Shown here in pieces: positions 10,041 to 18,652 of a stretch of 49,728 nt of DNA. The position numbers and the translations under genes are program-made. The notes under the pieces are model-generated. The model was not told the DNA's origin. It did no database searches and saw nothing but the letters and a program-made list of their open reading frames with translations. Every line of letters starts with the position of its first letter. Positions within the stretch are counted from its first letter, which is position 1. Source of the stretch: Candidatus Iainarchaeum sp. (lineage in GTDB: Archaea; Iainarchaeota; Iainarchaeia; JAFGOX01); the NCBI GenBank assembly GCA_016926295.1, contig JAFGOX010000032.1:1-49728 (forward strand), in the 5' to 3' direction.

Positions 10041-10649
10041 ATGGATACAAAACCAATAGTATTTATTATAGTAATAGCAGCATTAGTTAGTGTTTTTGCG
10101 TTCCATTTGATGGGTTCGCAGCCAGAAGATAAGAAAGAAACAAATATAATAATAAATTACGCAGAGGATTCGGAGGTTAAAGATATGGACGGCAATGTAA
10201 AAGTAAGACTAACAACAACTCAGGGAAGTGTAGTAATCGAACTTTATCCTGACATGCCAATTACAGCAGGAAATTTCCAAAGACTTGTCGAAGAAGGATT
10301 TTACGATGGGGTTATATTCCATAGGATTATTGACGGATTTATGATTCAGGGCGGAGACCCGACAGGCACAGGGATGGGTGGCCCGGGATACACAATCCCC
10401 GATGAATTCGGAGACGAAAACAAAAATGACCGTGGGACAATTGCAATGGCGAACGCAGGACCTAATACGGGCGGCAGCCAGTTTTTCATCAATCTTGTGA
10501 ACAATAATTTCCTGGACGAAAAGCACCCTGTTTTTGGAAAGGTAATCGAAGGAATGGATGTCATTGACAAAATAGCCAAATTACCTACGGATGAAAATGA
10601 TAAGCCATTGGAAGACGTGAAAATAATAAAGGCAGAGATAGTCCAGTAG
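10041..10649 (+). CDS. Cyclophilin-type peptidyl-prolyl isomerase with N-terminal membrane anchor or signal
   Basis: FYDGVIFHRIIDGFMIQGGDPTGTG, AMANAGPNTGGSQFFI, HPVFGKV; hydrophobic N-terminus. Confidence 0.95.
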   Translation: MDTKPIVFIIVIAALVSVFAFHLMGSQPEDKKETNIIINYAEDSEVKDMDGNVKVRLTTTQGSVVIELYPDMPITAGNFQRLVEEGFYDGVIFHRIIDGFMIQGGDPTGTGMGGPGYTIPDEFGDENKNDRGTIAMANAGPNTGGSQFFINLVNNNFLDEKHPVFGKVIEGMDVIDKIAKLPTDENDKPLEDVKIIKAEIVQ

Positions 10650-10693
10650 GTGCTATCTCCTTATTTTAATTAGGTTTTGACCTATTTCTTAAT

Positions 10694-12814
10694 ATGGACA
10701 AAGAGAAAATAGCAGACATTGTCTTATCTGCGCATAAATTCGAGGGGTTCAATCCAGTACAGCTGCAGGCAATAAAGAAAGGTTTGTTTGAAGGAAAGAA
10801 TTTGGTAGTGTCTGCTCCAACAGCAAGCGGAAAAACATTATTGTGCGAACTTGCTGCAATAAACACTTTGCTTAACACAGACAAAAAAGTAGTTTACACC
10901 GGCCCATTGAAAGCACTGGCCAGCGAGCATTACGAAACATTCAAAGATTTGTATTCAAGAAAAAACATCAAAGTGAATCTGAGCATTGGAGATAAAGACA
11001 GTGCAGAACCCTGGCTTGAAAGGGCTGACTGGATTGTCTCAACCTATGAGAAGCTTGATTCATTAATCAGGCACCGTGCGACTTGGCTTCACAATGTCGG
11101 ACTGCTGGTTGTTGACGAAATACATACTCTTGACACTGACAGGGGGCCAACAGTAGAGATACTTATTACAAAACTAAGAAAGATGAATCCAAAAATGCAG
11201 ATACTTGCTTTATCTGCAACAATTCCCAACAGCGAGGAGATTGCGAAATGGCTTGAGGCAGAGCATGTGCATTCAACATGGCGGCCGGTAAAATTATCAA
11301 AAGGAATTCTGATGGACGCAGTAATAAAGTTCGACAACAAAGAGGAAGTTTATGTTTCAGGACTAAAACCGGAAGACGAGAGCAGAAGCTTGATTGAAGA
11401 CACGTTAAGAAAAAGCAAGCAGGCGGTAATTTTCAGAAACAGCAGGAGAAACGCGCAGTCGTCTGCAAAGAAAACGGCATTACTGACAGGAAGAAGAATA
11501 ACGCCTGAAGAAAAAGCAAAGCTGGATGAAATGGCAGACAAGGCATTGAATGCACTAGACAACCCTACATCACAGTGCAAGATGCTTGCAGACTGTATCA
11601 GAAATGGAAGCGCATTCCACACTGCCGGGCTTGTTGACAAGCAGAGAAAAATTGTTGAAGAGGGATTCAAGAAAGGACTGATAAAAATTATTTCCGCAAC
11701 ACCGACACTTGCCGCAGGAGTAAATCTTCCAAGTGCAAGAATAATAATTCCTGAATTGAGAAGATATACAAAAGAGGGCATGGTCTGGATTCCTGTCGGA
11801 GAATATCTGCAGATGTGTGGAAGGGCAGGAAGGCCGCAATACGACAAGGACGGCGAGGCAATCTGCATAACATCAAGCACAGAGCAGTTTGACCATATAT
11901 GGAAAGCGTATGTAGAAGGGGAACCAGAAGAAGTATTTTCAAAACTTGGAATGGAACCTGTATTGAGAACACATATACTTGCCGCAATAGCAACCGGCTT
12001 TGCAATGGATATAGATGGATTAAAATCTTTCTTAGGTTCAACATTCTACGCCAAACAGTTCCATTCAATGAATGAAATATATTACATAATGGAAAGGATA
12101 CTAAGGGACTTGGAGTCATGGGGATTTATTGAGCAGAACAAAGAAGCGCTAAAGCCGACAAGACTGGGAATGAGGGTTTCAGAGCTATATCTTGACCCGT
12201 CATCGGCCTATGATTTGATAAATGATTTGAAGAAAACAGAAAAAGAGCCGAGAAAAGAGCTTGGGGATTTATTCATCTACACTTCATTAAATGAAAATGC
12301 GCCATGGTTAAGAGTTTCAAGCAAAGACGAGTCAAGAATCTGGGAGGGCGCATATGAAACAGGAAAAGAGCTTTACATCGATCCGGTAACTGCTGGTTTT
12401 GGTGATTATAAGTTCCTGGACAAGTTCAAACTGTCATTAATGCTAAGAGACTGGATACATGAAAAGAGCGAAGAATACATTCTGGAAAACTATAATGTCG
12501 CTCCGGGAATTCTAAGGGCGCATCTATTGAATATAGACTGGCTTATTTATGCCGGCGAAGAACTTTCTAAACTGATTGAACTGAAAGAATCGGGAACAAG
12601 AGCAAAAGAATTGAGAATAAGAGTCAAATACGGAATTAACAAAGAGCTGATGCCATTAATCATAATCAAAGGAATTGGAAGAGTAAGGGCAAGAAAGCTT
12701 TATGACAATGGAGTCAGAACGCCGGTAGGAATCAGAAATATGGCAACAGAAGACCTGGCAAAATTACTTGGAAAGAAAACAGCTGAAAAAATAAAACAGG
12801 AAGTAGATGTCTAG
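10694..12814 (+). CDS. hel308: Ski2-like DEAD/DEAH helicase Hel308 (Hjm)
   Basis: APTASGKT, DEIH, LSAT, TPTLAAGVNLP, QMCGRAGRP, C-terminal HhH GIGRVRARKLY. Confidence 0.95.
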   Translation: MDKEKIADIVLSAHKFEGFNPVQLQAIKKGLFEGKNLVVSAPTASGKTLLCELAAINTLLNTDKKVVYTGPLKALASEHYETFKDLYSRKNIKVNLSIGDKDSAEPWLERADWIVSTYEKLDSLIRHRATWLHNVGLLVVDEIHTLDTDRGPTVEILITKLRKMNPKMQILALSATIPNSEEIAKWLEAEHVHSTWRPVKLSKGILMDAVIKFDNKEEVYVSGLKPEDESRSLIEDTLRKSKQAVIFRNSRRNAQSSAKKTALLTGRRITPEEKAKLDEMADKALNALDNPTSQCKMLADCIRNGSAFHTAGLVDKQRKIVEEGFKKGLIKIISATPTLAAGVNLPSARIIIPELRRYTKEGMVWIPVGEYLQMCGRAGRPQYDKDGEAICITSSTEQFDHIWKAYVEGEPEEVFSKLGMEPVLRTHILAAIATGFAMDIDGLKSFLGSTFYAKQFHSMNEIYYIMERILRDLESWGFIEQNKEALKPTRLGMRVSELYLDPSSAYDLINDLKKTEKEPRKELGDLFIYTSLNENAPWLRVSSKDESRIWEGAYETGKELYIDPVTAGFGDYKFLDKFKLSLMLRDWIHEKSEEYILENYNVAPGILRAHLLNIDWLIYAGEELSKLIELKESGTRAKELRIRVKYGINKELMPLIIIKGIGRVRARKLYDNGVRTPVGIRNMATEDLAKLLGKKTAEKIKQEVDV

Positions 12815-13200
12815 TCGCCAAATAAAATATCATGAGAAATTGCTTTTTCAAAAGCATTCTTCTGATTTATTGTGTAGAATTTTTCTGTCTTGTTGAAATC
12901 TCTGATATTCAAAAATTGCCAGCCCTTGCCGGTTATCTTCCATGCAATTATCAATGGCGACTGTGCCCTTGAAGCAAATTCAACCAAATCATCAATTTGT
13001 GATTTTTTTATTGAAAGATTCTGGGCGCCCCATGCTTTGCACTCAATAACTATTTTCTTGTCACCTTTGATTGCCATAACATCAGGGCAAGGGACAGTAA
13101 TTCCTCCGGAACCTGCGGCCCGCACTACTGCAAATCCGTTTTTCCAAAGTAAATGCAACAACTCCCGCTCTGCATTGGCCCCTTTATTATATCTTGCCAT
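12811..13200 (-). CDS. hjc: Holliday junction resolvase Hjc
   Basis: KGANAEREL, GFAVVRAAGSG, PD...IECK (PD-(D/E)xK fold). Confidence 0.93.
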   Translation of the reverse strand: MARYNKGANAERELLHLLWKNGFAVVRAAGSGGITVPCPDVMAIKGDKKIVIECKAWGAQNLSIKKSQIDDLVEFASRAQSPLIIAWKITGKGWQFLNIRDFNKTEKFYTINQKNAFEKAISHDILFGD

Positions 13201-13208
13201 AAGTTAAG

Positions 13209-13634
13209 TCACAAGGGGACACTGCAATCTTGTTGCAGTGAGGAATTGCGACAGCACCTCCGTTCTTGTTTTTGGATATACTTCTGAATCGTCAGTTCTG
13301 TGACCGTTCCCGCCGTTCCGACATAATAACTCGGAGACCAGAACCTCTTCGCAAAACGATATTCCTTGACTGCTCTGACGGCAGTTGTTCCTTTCAGAAT
13401 CTTTACAATGAACATCGGAGAAAATATCGGAGGGATAGATACGAAAACGTGTATGTGGTCTGGTTGAACGGATAGATTTATCAGTTCCCAACCCCTCTCC
13501 AAGCAAACCTCTTTTATAGTTCGTTCCACCAACTCCTTTAATTCTCCAGTCAATATTGATTTCCGATACTTCGGGCACCAAACAATATGATAGTTTATAT
13601 TGTAAACAGCATGTCTTGTTTTCTTGTCTTTCAT
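13209..13634 (-). CDS. tnpA: IS200/IS605 Y1 (HUH) transposase
   Basis: YHIVWCPKYR, HUH motif DHIH, LKG, FWSPSYY, catalytic Tyr in IQKYIQKQ. Confidence 0.96.
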   Translation of the reverse strand: MKDKKTRHAVYNINYHIVWCPKYRKSILTGELKELVERTIKEVCLERGWELINLSVQPDHIHVFVSIPPIFSPMFIVKILKGTTAVRAVKEYRFAKRFWSPSYYVGTAGTVTELTIQKYIQKQERRCCRNSSLQQDCSVPL

Positions 13635-13686
13635 AAGAATACAAAACAACAACATATTTAACTAAGTTACGATATAATGGATTAGT

Positions 13687-14832
13687 ATGCAGATTGCAAT
13701 ACGGGCTGAAGTCATTGGAGACGATGACCTGAAAAGAACAATCATGTTGAGCAACCTGGCGTGCCAAGAGTGTATCGACATCGGAATGAAAAATAAGACT
13801 TACAACAAGACAAGACTGCATCACTTGACCTATCATGTTGTCAGGGCATCTCATCCTGAACTTAACAGTAGCCTCGTCACCGCTATGCGAGACCAAGCAA
13901 GCGATATGCTTAAGCAACTCAAACTCAAAAAAAAACCAACCAAAAAACAATATTCTTCGATTAGGCTCAACCACAACACATTCAGATTTCTCCCTGCTTC
14001 CAATATGGTCAGTATAAGCACAATAACTGGGAGAAAGAAGTATGTTCTGAACATCCCCCCTTATTTCAATAAATACTTTTTCCACGAATCCAATTCGGCA
14101 AGAATTAGATTGGTCGATGGAAGAATATTCATCGACATCATTGTAGATGTTGATGCTTCCAAAAAAATCAAGGTTAAAAAAATCATTGGTGTGGACAGGG
14201 GCGTTTATCATCCTGCCGTCACATCCGATAACACATTTTTTAACAGTAAACATCTTCGTGAAGTAAAAGGGCGATATAGATATTTGAAGAGATGCCTTCA
14301 GCGAGCAGGCACTCGCTCCGCTAAAAGACATTTGCAGAAAATTAGCGGGCGAGAGAGACGGTTCGTCACTGATGTAAACCACTGCATCTCGAAAACAATC
14401 GTCAACAAAGATTGCGATGCTATCGCTCTGGAGAAATTAAGAACAGGGCGTATGAAAAGAAAAGGTAAAACTGGAAAGAAGACCAGGCGGCTCATTGGGA
14501 GCTGGAGTGCAAAGCAACTTCTCAGCTTCATCGAATACAAGGCTGAGATGCTTGGCAAACCCGTAATCCTCGTGAACAGCCACTACACAAGCCAAGCCTG
14601 TAACAGATGCGGTGATATACGTCGAATCAACCGAAAAGGAAGTCACTTCAACTGCTGTGTCTGCGGGTATTCTCTTCATGCTGACCTCAATGCTTCACGC
14701 AACATCGCTTGTCTCGCCAAAGGCAAGACGAGCAGGCTGTCTGTCAACCAGCCAATCGTAGCATGTGATGATATCAAAGCCTCACTACGTGAGGAACTGC
14801 GAGCGAGCATAGTTACAAGCTCCGCATTTTAA
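13687..14832 (+). CDS. tnpB: RNA-guided endonuclease TnpB
   Basis: RuvC-I GVDRG, RuvC-II IALEKL, YTSQACNRC...CCVC zinc finger, RuvC-III HADLNASRNI; the D-E-D triad is intact. Confidence 0.95.
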   Translation: MQIAIRAEVIGDDDLKRTIMLSNLACQECIDIGMKNKTYNKTRLHHLTYHVVRASHPELNSSLVTAMRDQASDMLKQLKLKKKPTKKQYSSIRLNHNTFRFLPASNMVSISTITGRKKYVLNIPPYFNKYFFHESNSARIRLVDGRIFIDIIVDVDASKKIKVKKIIGVDRGVYHPAVTSDNTFFNSKHLREVKGRYRYLKRCLQRAGTRSAKRHLQKISGRERRFVTDVNHCISKTIVNKDCDAIALEKLRTGRMKRKGKTGKKTRRLIGSWSAKQLLSFIEYKAEMLGKPVILVNSHYTSQACNRCGDIRRINRKGSHFNCCVCGYSLHADLNASRNIACLAKGKTSRLSVNQPIVACDDIKASLREELRASIVTSSAF

Positions 14833-14863
14833 TGCGGGGTAGTTGACATCCTCATAGTTTAAA
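14700..14863 (+). ncRNA. Predicted TnpB omegaRNA (right-end RNA) with flank-derived guide
   Basis: Structured segment overlapping the tnpB 3' end (CCTCAC-TAC-GTGAGG hairpin, right-end hairpin). The guide would be the flank ATCCTCATAGTTTAAA after TTGAC. The 5' boundary is approximate. Confidence 0.6.
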
Positions 14864-14907
14864 AGAAGAAAGGCATTAAAAAGGAAAAACAGGAAAAAGG
14901 TGATAAA

Positions 14908-15474
14908 ATGCCAGAGATTGATTTGGGAGTAAAAGTTGGAGATATAATGCATGCGGGTGTAATTACCGTTGAAAAAGATGACAATATAGCAGAGGCAGCA
15001 AGAAAAATGCTGAAATATGATATAGATAGCTTGCTAATAATTGAGGACGGTGTGCCGGCCGGAATAATAACAAAAAGTGACATTTTGGCAAACATTGTGG
15101 AAAATGGGAACATGAACGCAAAAGTAGAAACTGTCATGAATAGCCCGGTAAACACGATTTCTGCTGATGATAATGTCATAGAAGCCCTTAAAATGATGGG
15201 TAAAAGAGGAATCACAAAGATTCCTGTGATGTATAAAGGAAAGATAAGAGGTATTATCACTCAAGAAGACCTATTAAGGTCTATTCCTGGGCTTTTCGAC
15301 CTTATGTACGCTGCAGGAGAACAAGGAAGACAAATAAGCACTGCTGAGCAGTATGAAATCGAAAAAGAGGCACATGTTGGCTACTGTGACCAATGCAAAG
15401 CCTACTCTGAAGACCTAACTGAATACGAAAATGAATTGCTTTGCGGGAAGTGCAGGGCAGACAAGTCAGAGTAA
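14908..15474 (+). CDS. CBS-pair protein with C-terminal zinc ribbon
   Basis: Two CBS repeats (VGDIM...GIITKSDIL; VETVM...GIITQEDLL) and CDQC...CGKC. Confidence 0.9.
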   Translation: MPEIDLGVKVGDIMHAGVITVEKDDNIAEAARKMLKYDIDSLLIIEDGVPAGIITKSDILANIVENGNMNAKVETVMNSPVNTISADDNVIEALKMMGKRGITKIPVMYKGKIRGIITQEDLLRSIPGLFDLMYAAGEQGRQISTAEQYEIEKEAHVGYCDQCKAYSEDLTEYENELLCGKCRADKSE

Positions 15475-15595
15475 AAGCCTTCATTTAAGCAGGATTCAGG
15501 GTTTCCGGCAAACCTTTTTAAACAGGAAAACCCCTTATTATGTATAAGTTAATAGCCGCAAATGCGGTCGTTAGCGATCATAAATTAATAAAATC

Positions 15596-15892
15596 TTGCA
15601 AAAGAATTGTGAGGTTATTTGGATAAATCAATCGTTTAAGCTTACGTTGGAAGTAATTCCGGGTTCAAAGAAATTCTCCGTTGTGGGAGTTAATGAATGG
15701 ACCGGTAATCTTAAGATAAGAGTTGAGAATTTGCCTGTGAAAGGCAAAGCAAATAATGAAATTGAAAAAAAGCTCACTGAGTTTTTTGAAGCAAAAGTAA
15801 AAATTTTGAAAGGCGAAAAAACTGGTAAAAAATTAATTGAAATTGATTTACCGGAAGAAAAAGTCTTTGAAAAAATATCCAAGTCTCACTAA
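15596..15892 (+). CDS. DUF167/UPF0235 (YggU-like) protein
   Basis: VIPGSKK...LKIRV...PVKGKANNEI...ILKGEKTGKK; start codon uncertain. Confidence 0.85.
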   Translation: MQKNCEVIWINQSFKLTLEVIPGSKKFSVVGVNEWTGNLKIRVENLPVKGKANNEIEKKLTEFFEAKVKILKGEKTGKKLIEIDLPEEKVFEKISKSH

Positions 15893-15927
15893 TTCTTTGC
15901 AACAAATAACAAAAAAGGAGGGGTCTT

Positions 15928-17193
15928 ATGGGAAAGACCTACATTGACGCAGTAAAATATGTAATTACTGCAAGCTTCACAATTGACGGCATTGTTGAAA
16001 AGCCAGACATTATTGGAGCAATATTCGGACAGACAGAAGGTTTAGTCGGTGAAGACTTAGAACTTCGTGAATTGCAAAAAAACGGAAAAATAGGAAGAAT
16101 CGAAGTTATATCAAAAACACAGGATGGGAAAACAACAGGAGACATAATAATTCCATCAAGCCTTGATAAAGTTGAAACTGTGATTTTAGCAGCTGCTGTA
16201 GAGGCAGTTGACAAAGTCGGGCCTTGCAAAGCAGAAATACACTGCAAAAAAATAGAAGACATAAGAACACAGAAAAGACAACAGATTGTCGACAGAGCAA
16301 AAGATATTCTTAAGAAATTCGTTGAAGAGGAAATGCCTGAAAGCAATGAATTAAGTGACGCAGTTAGCGCAAATGCTAAAAAGGCAGATATCATAGCATA
16401 CGGCAAGGATAGCTTGCCAGCCGGACCCGACATTGAAAAAAGCCAGGAAGTAATTCTTGTAGAGGGACGTGCAGATGTTTTGACTCTTCTGAAGAATGAT
16501 ATAAAGAATGCAATTGCAATCGGCGGAGCAAATGTTCCAGAAACAGTCAAGCAGCTTTGCAAAATAAAGGAAATAACTGCTTTTGTTGACGGAGACCGCG
16601 GGGGGGACTTGATTATCAAGAGTCTAAAGGATCTTGCAAGACTAGATTATGTTGCAAAGGCTCCGGACGGAAAAGAAGTCGAAGAGCTTACACGCAAAGA
16701 AATAATCCAGGCCTTGAGAAGAAAAATGCCTGCAGACCAGTTCAAGATAACAAGAACCGAAAGAAGTCTTGAAAGGGAACGAAGACAGGAAAGACCTTTT
16801 GACCGCAGACCGCAAAGACAGGAAAGGCCATACGAAAGAAGGCCACCGCGAGAGCAGGAAAGGCCACCTTTGCCACCAAAGCCTGAGAAAAAGACTTTGG
16901 AGCCGAAAAACGACGAAGAAAAAAAGCTTATTGAAATGCTGGAAAAAGTAAATGGCAGTCTGAAAGGACAAATAGTGGACGAAAAACTGAAAGTCATTGA
17001 AGACGTTCCAGTAAGAAAGCTTTTGACAAGTCTTGAAAGCACAAAAAAAGTGTATGCAATTGTCTTTGACGGAATCATAACAAACAGGCTTGTAGAACTT
17101 GCAAGTAAAAAAGGCGCAAAATATGTTCTTGGAATCAAAGAAGGTATGCTGAAAGAAAAACCGAAAGACCTGACAATAATGAGCCAAAATTAG
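15928..17193 (+). CDS. dnaG: Archaeal DnaG (TOPRIM, exosome-associated)
   Basis: GIVEKPDIIGAIFGQTEGL, ILVEGRADV, FVDGDRGG, APDGKEVEEL. Confidence 0.96.
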   Translation: MGKTYIDAVKYVITASFTIDGIVEKPDIIGAIFGQTEGLVGEDLELRELQKNGKIGRIEVISKTQDGKTTGDIIIPSSLDKVETVILAAAVEAVDKVGPCKAEIHCKKIEDIRTQKRQQIVDRAKDILKKFVEEEMPESNELSDAVSANAKKADIIAYGKDSLPAGPDIEKSQEVILVEGRADVLTLLKNDIKNAIAIGGANVPETVKQLCKIKEITAFVDGDRGGDLIIKSLKDLARLDYVAKAPDGKEVEELTRKEIIQALRRKMPADQFKITRTERSLERERRQERPFDRRPQRQERPYERRPPREQERPPLPPKPEKKTLEPKNDEEKKLIEMLEKVNGSLKGQIVDEKLKVIEDVPVRKLLTSLESTKKVYAIVFDGIITNRLVELASKKGAKYVLGIKEGMLKEKPKDLTIMSQN

Positions 17194-17211
17194 GCTCATT
17201 CTCTCTATTTA

Positions 17212-18603
17212 TTATTCAACGCGATATGTTTCATTCAAGTTACTTGTCTGTATTTTTGAAAAATATCTTGAACTCATTTTTTCCTCTTTAAATAGTTGGG
17301 AATACAAACCATATAGCTCGAATTGCGAAAGGTAAACATAGTCAACATTGTTTCTTGACAAAATATATGCCGCTTCCTCTGGATTCTCTGATTCAAAGAA
17401 ATCCCTTGTATCGGAAATTCTCTGGTTTGCATTTGGCAGCCCTTCCATATAAGCTCCAACAACTACTGAATTCAGTGAATACCATGGAATGTAATATCCT
17501 GAAACAAAACCTGACATTATTCTTGCAGGTTCAATTGAACGATGATAAACTGCGGCAGCAATATCCGCATCACTTGCCGGCGGGGCGTAATTTACACCAA
17601 GAGAAACTGCATTGAAAATAACAATTAACAGGAAAACAATAATAAGCGGCCTGAAGAAATAACTCTTTGAAATTTTCTTGAGTACTATGGCAGCCAAAAC
17701 TGCGGCAGGGAAAATTGCAAATGTAAATTCCCTATAAGCAAACATTGTGTTTCCGAAAACCAATGACATGAATAATATTGCAAAATAAAAAACAAACCAG
17801 ATTGTTATTGGTCTAATTTTTTTGTCTTTGTAAACAAACGGCACTGCAACGAGCGATAAAAGCAATGAATACCCTACAACATTGAATGGCTGGAATCCCA
17901 GAACAAAAGGATTTTCAACAAAAGATAATCTCTGCAAGAATAATAATTTCGGCAGCCAGAAAACAACTGCGGCAAAAACAGGGAAGGAAAGGAATTTCAA
18001 AACTTTCTTGTAGTCAAAACTATTCTTGTACGAATATGCAAAGACAATGAAAATTAGCAAGATAGGAATAAAATTAATTGATGAGCGCGTATGCATCAAA
18101 ACAAGAGCGGCAGCAGAAACACTTGCCAGTTTGTATCTGTCCTCTAAAAGCAAAAGTAAGGTTAATAAAATCAAAAATAACCCAAAGGTTTCAGGAATCG
18201 GGATTGCAATTAGCCTAAAAAGGCGCGGGGCAAAAACAGTAAACATGCCGGCAAGAGCGGCATACTTCCAGTCAGGGACAAACTTCTTCGCAAGAGAGTA
18301 AGCGACCATGAAAAAGCCAACTGAAAGGAACATTGAAAATCCCTGCCAGATAGTCAAGGCTTCAAGTCCGGTTACCTGCATCAGGCTTGCGGAGAAAACA
18401 TCAAAAAGCAAAGGATATGTGTATGGAACGGTGCCACCTAAAGCCTGGTTATGCGTAGGCAAACGAGACATTTCACTAATATAATAAGATACTCGCGCAC
18501 GCTCAAACAAATCAGAACTCATAAACGTATTAAATTGCAGAACAACAACAGAAATTGCAGCAAGCACCACCATTAAAAAAAATAATAAGTTTATTTTGGG
18601 CAT
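17212..18603 (-). CDS. Polytopic membrane protein, GT-C glycosyltransferase-like
   Basis: About 11-12 hydrophobic segments, loop with YTYPLLF, soluble C-terminus ending ILSRNNVDYVYL; ATG 18603 preferred. Function is inferred. Confidence 0.6.
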   Translation of the reverse strand: MPKINLLFFLMVVLAAISVVVLQFNTFMSSDLFERARVSYYISEMSRLPTHNQALGGTVPYTYPLLFDVFSASLMQVTGLEALTIWQGFSMFLSVGFFMVAYSLAKKFVPDWKYAALAGMFTVFAPRLFRLIAIPIPETFGLFLILLTLLLLLEDRYKLASVSAAALVLMHTRSSINFIPILLIFIVFAYSYKNSFDYKKVLKFLSFPVFAAVVFWLPKLLFLQRLSFVENPFVLGFQPFNVVGYSLLLSLVAVPFVYKDKKIRPITIWFVFYFAILFMSLVFGNTMFAYREFTFAIFPAAVLAAIVLKKISKSYFFRPLIIVFLLIVIFNAVSLGVNYAPPASDADIAAAVYHRSIEPARIMSGFVSGYYIPWYSLNSVVVGAYMEGLPNANQRISDTRDFFESENPEEAAYILSRNNVDYVYLSQFELYGLYSQLFKEEKMSSRYFSKIQTSNLNETYRVE

Positions 18604-18652
18604 AAGGCAAATACTTCTAAAGGTATAAAAAGGGTTTTCCAGAGTCTTAAGT

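Larger units (their letters stand above)
13208..14847. mobile_element. IS200/IS605-family insertion sequence (IS605 group, divergent tnpA and tnpB)
   Basis: tnpA and tnpB flanked by subterminal hairpins: left CACTGCAA-TCTTG-TTGCAGTG (13220-13240), right CCGCATT-TT-AATGCGG followed by GGTAGTTGAC ending 14847. No target duplication, as expected. Left boundary is uncertain by a few nt. Confidence 0.9.

Noticed and set aside
11610..11633. Hel308 AFHTAGL instead of AFHHAGL
   Set aside because: Single change at a position that can vary; all core helicase motifs are intact.
13204..14382. 392-aa minus-strand ORF over the IS
   Set aside because: Antisense to tnpB and out of frame with tnpA, with no recognisable motifs; treated as a shadow ORF.
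13687..14832. Cas12f/Cas14 CRISPR effector
   Set aside because: No CRISPR array or cas genes in the window; the adjacent tnpA and IS ends identify it as TnpB.
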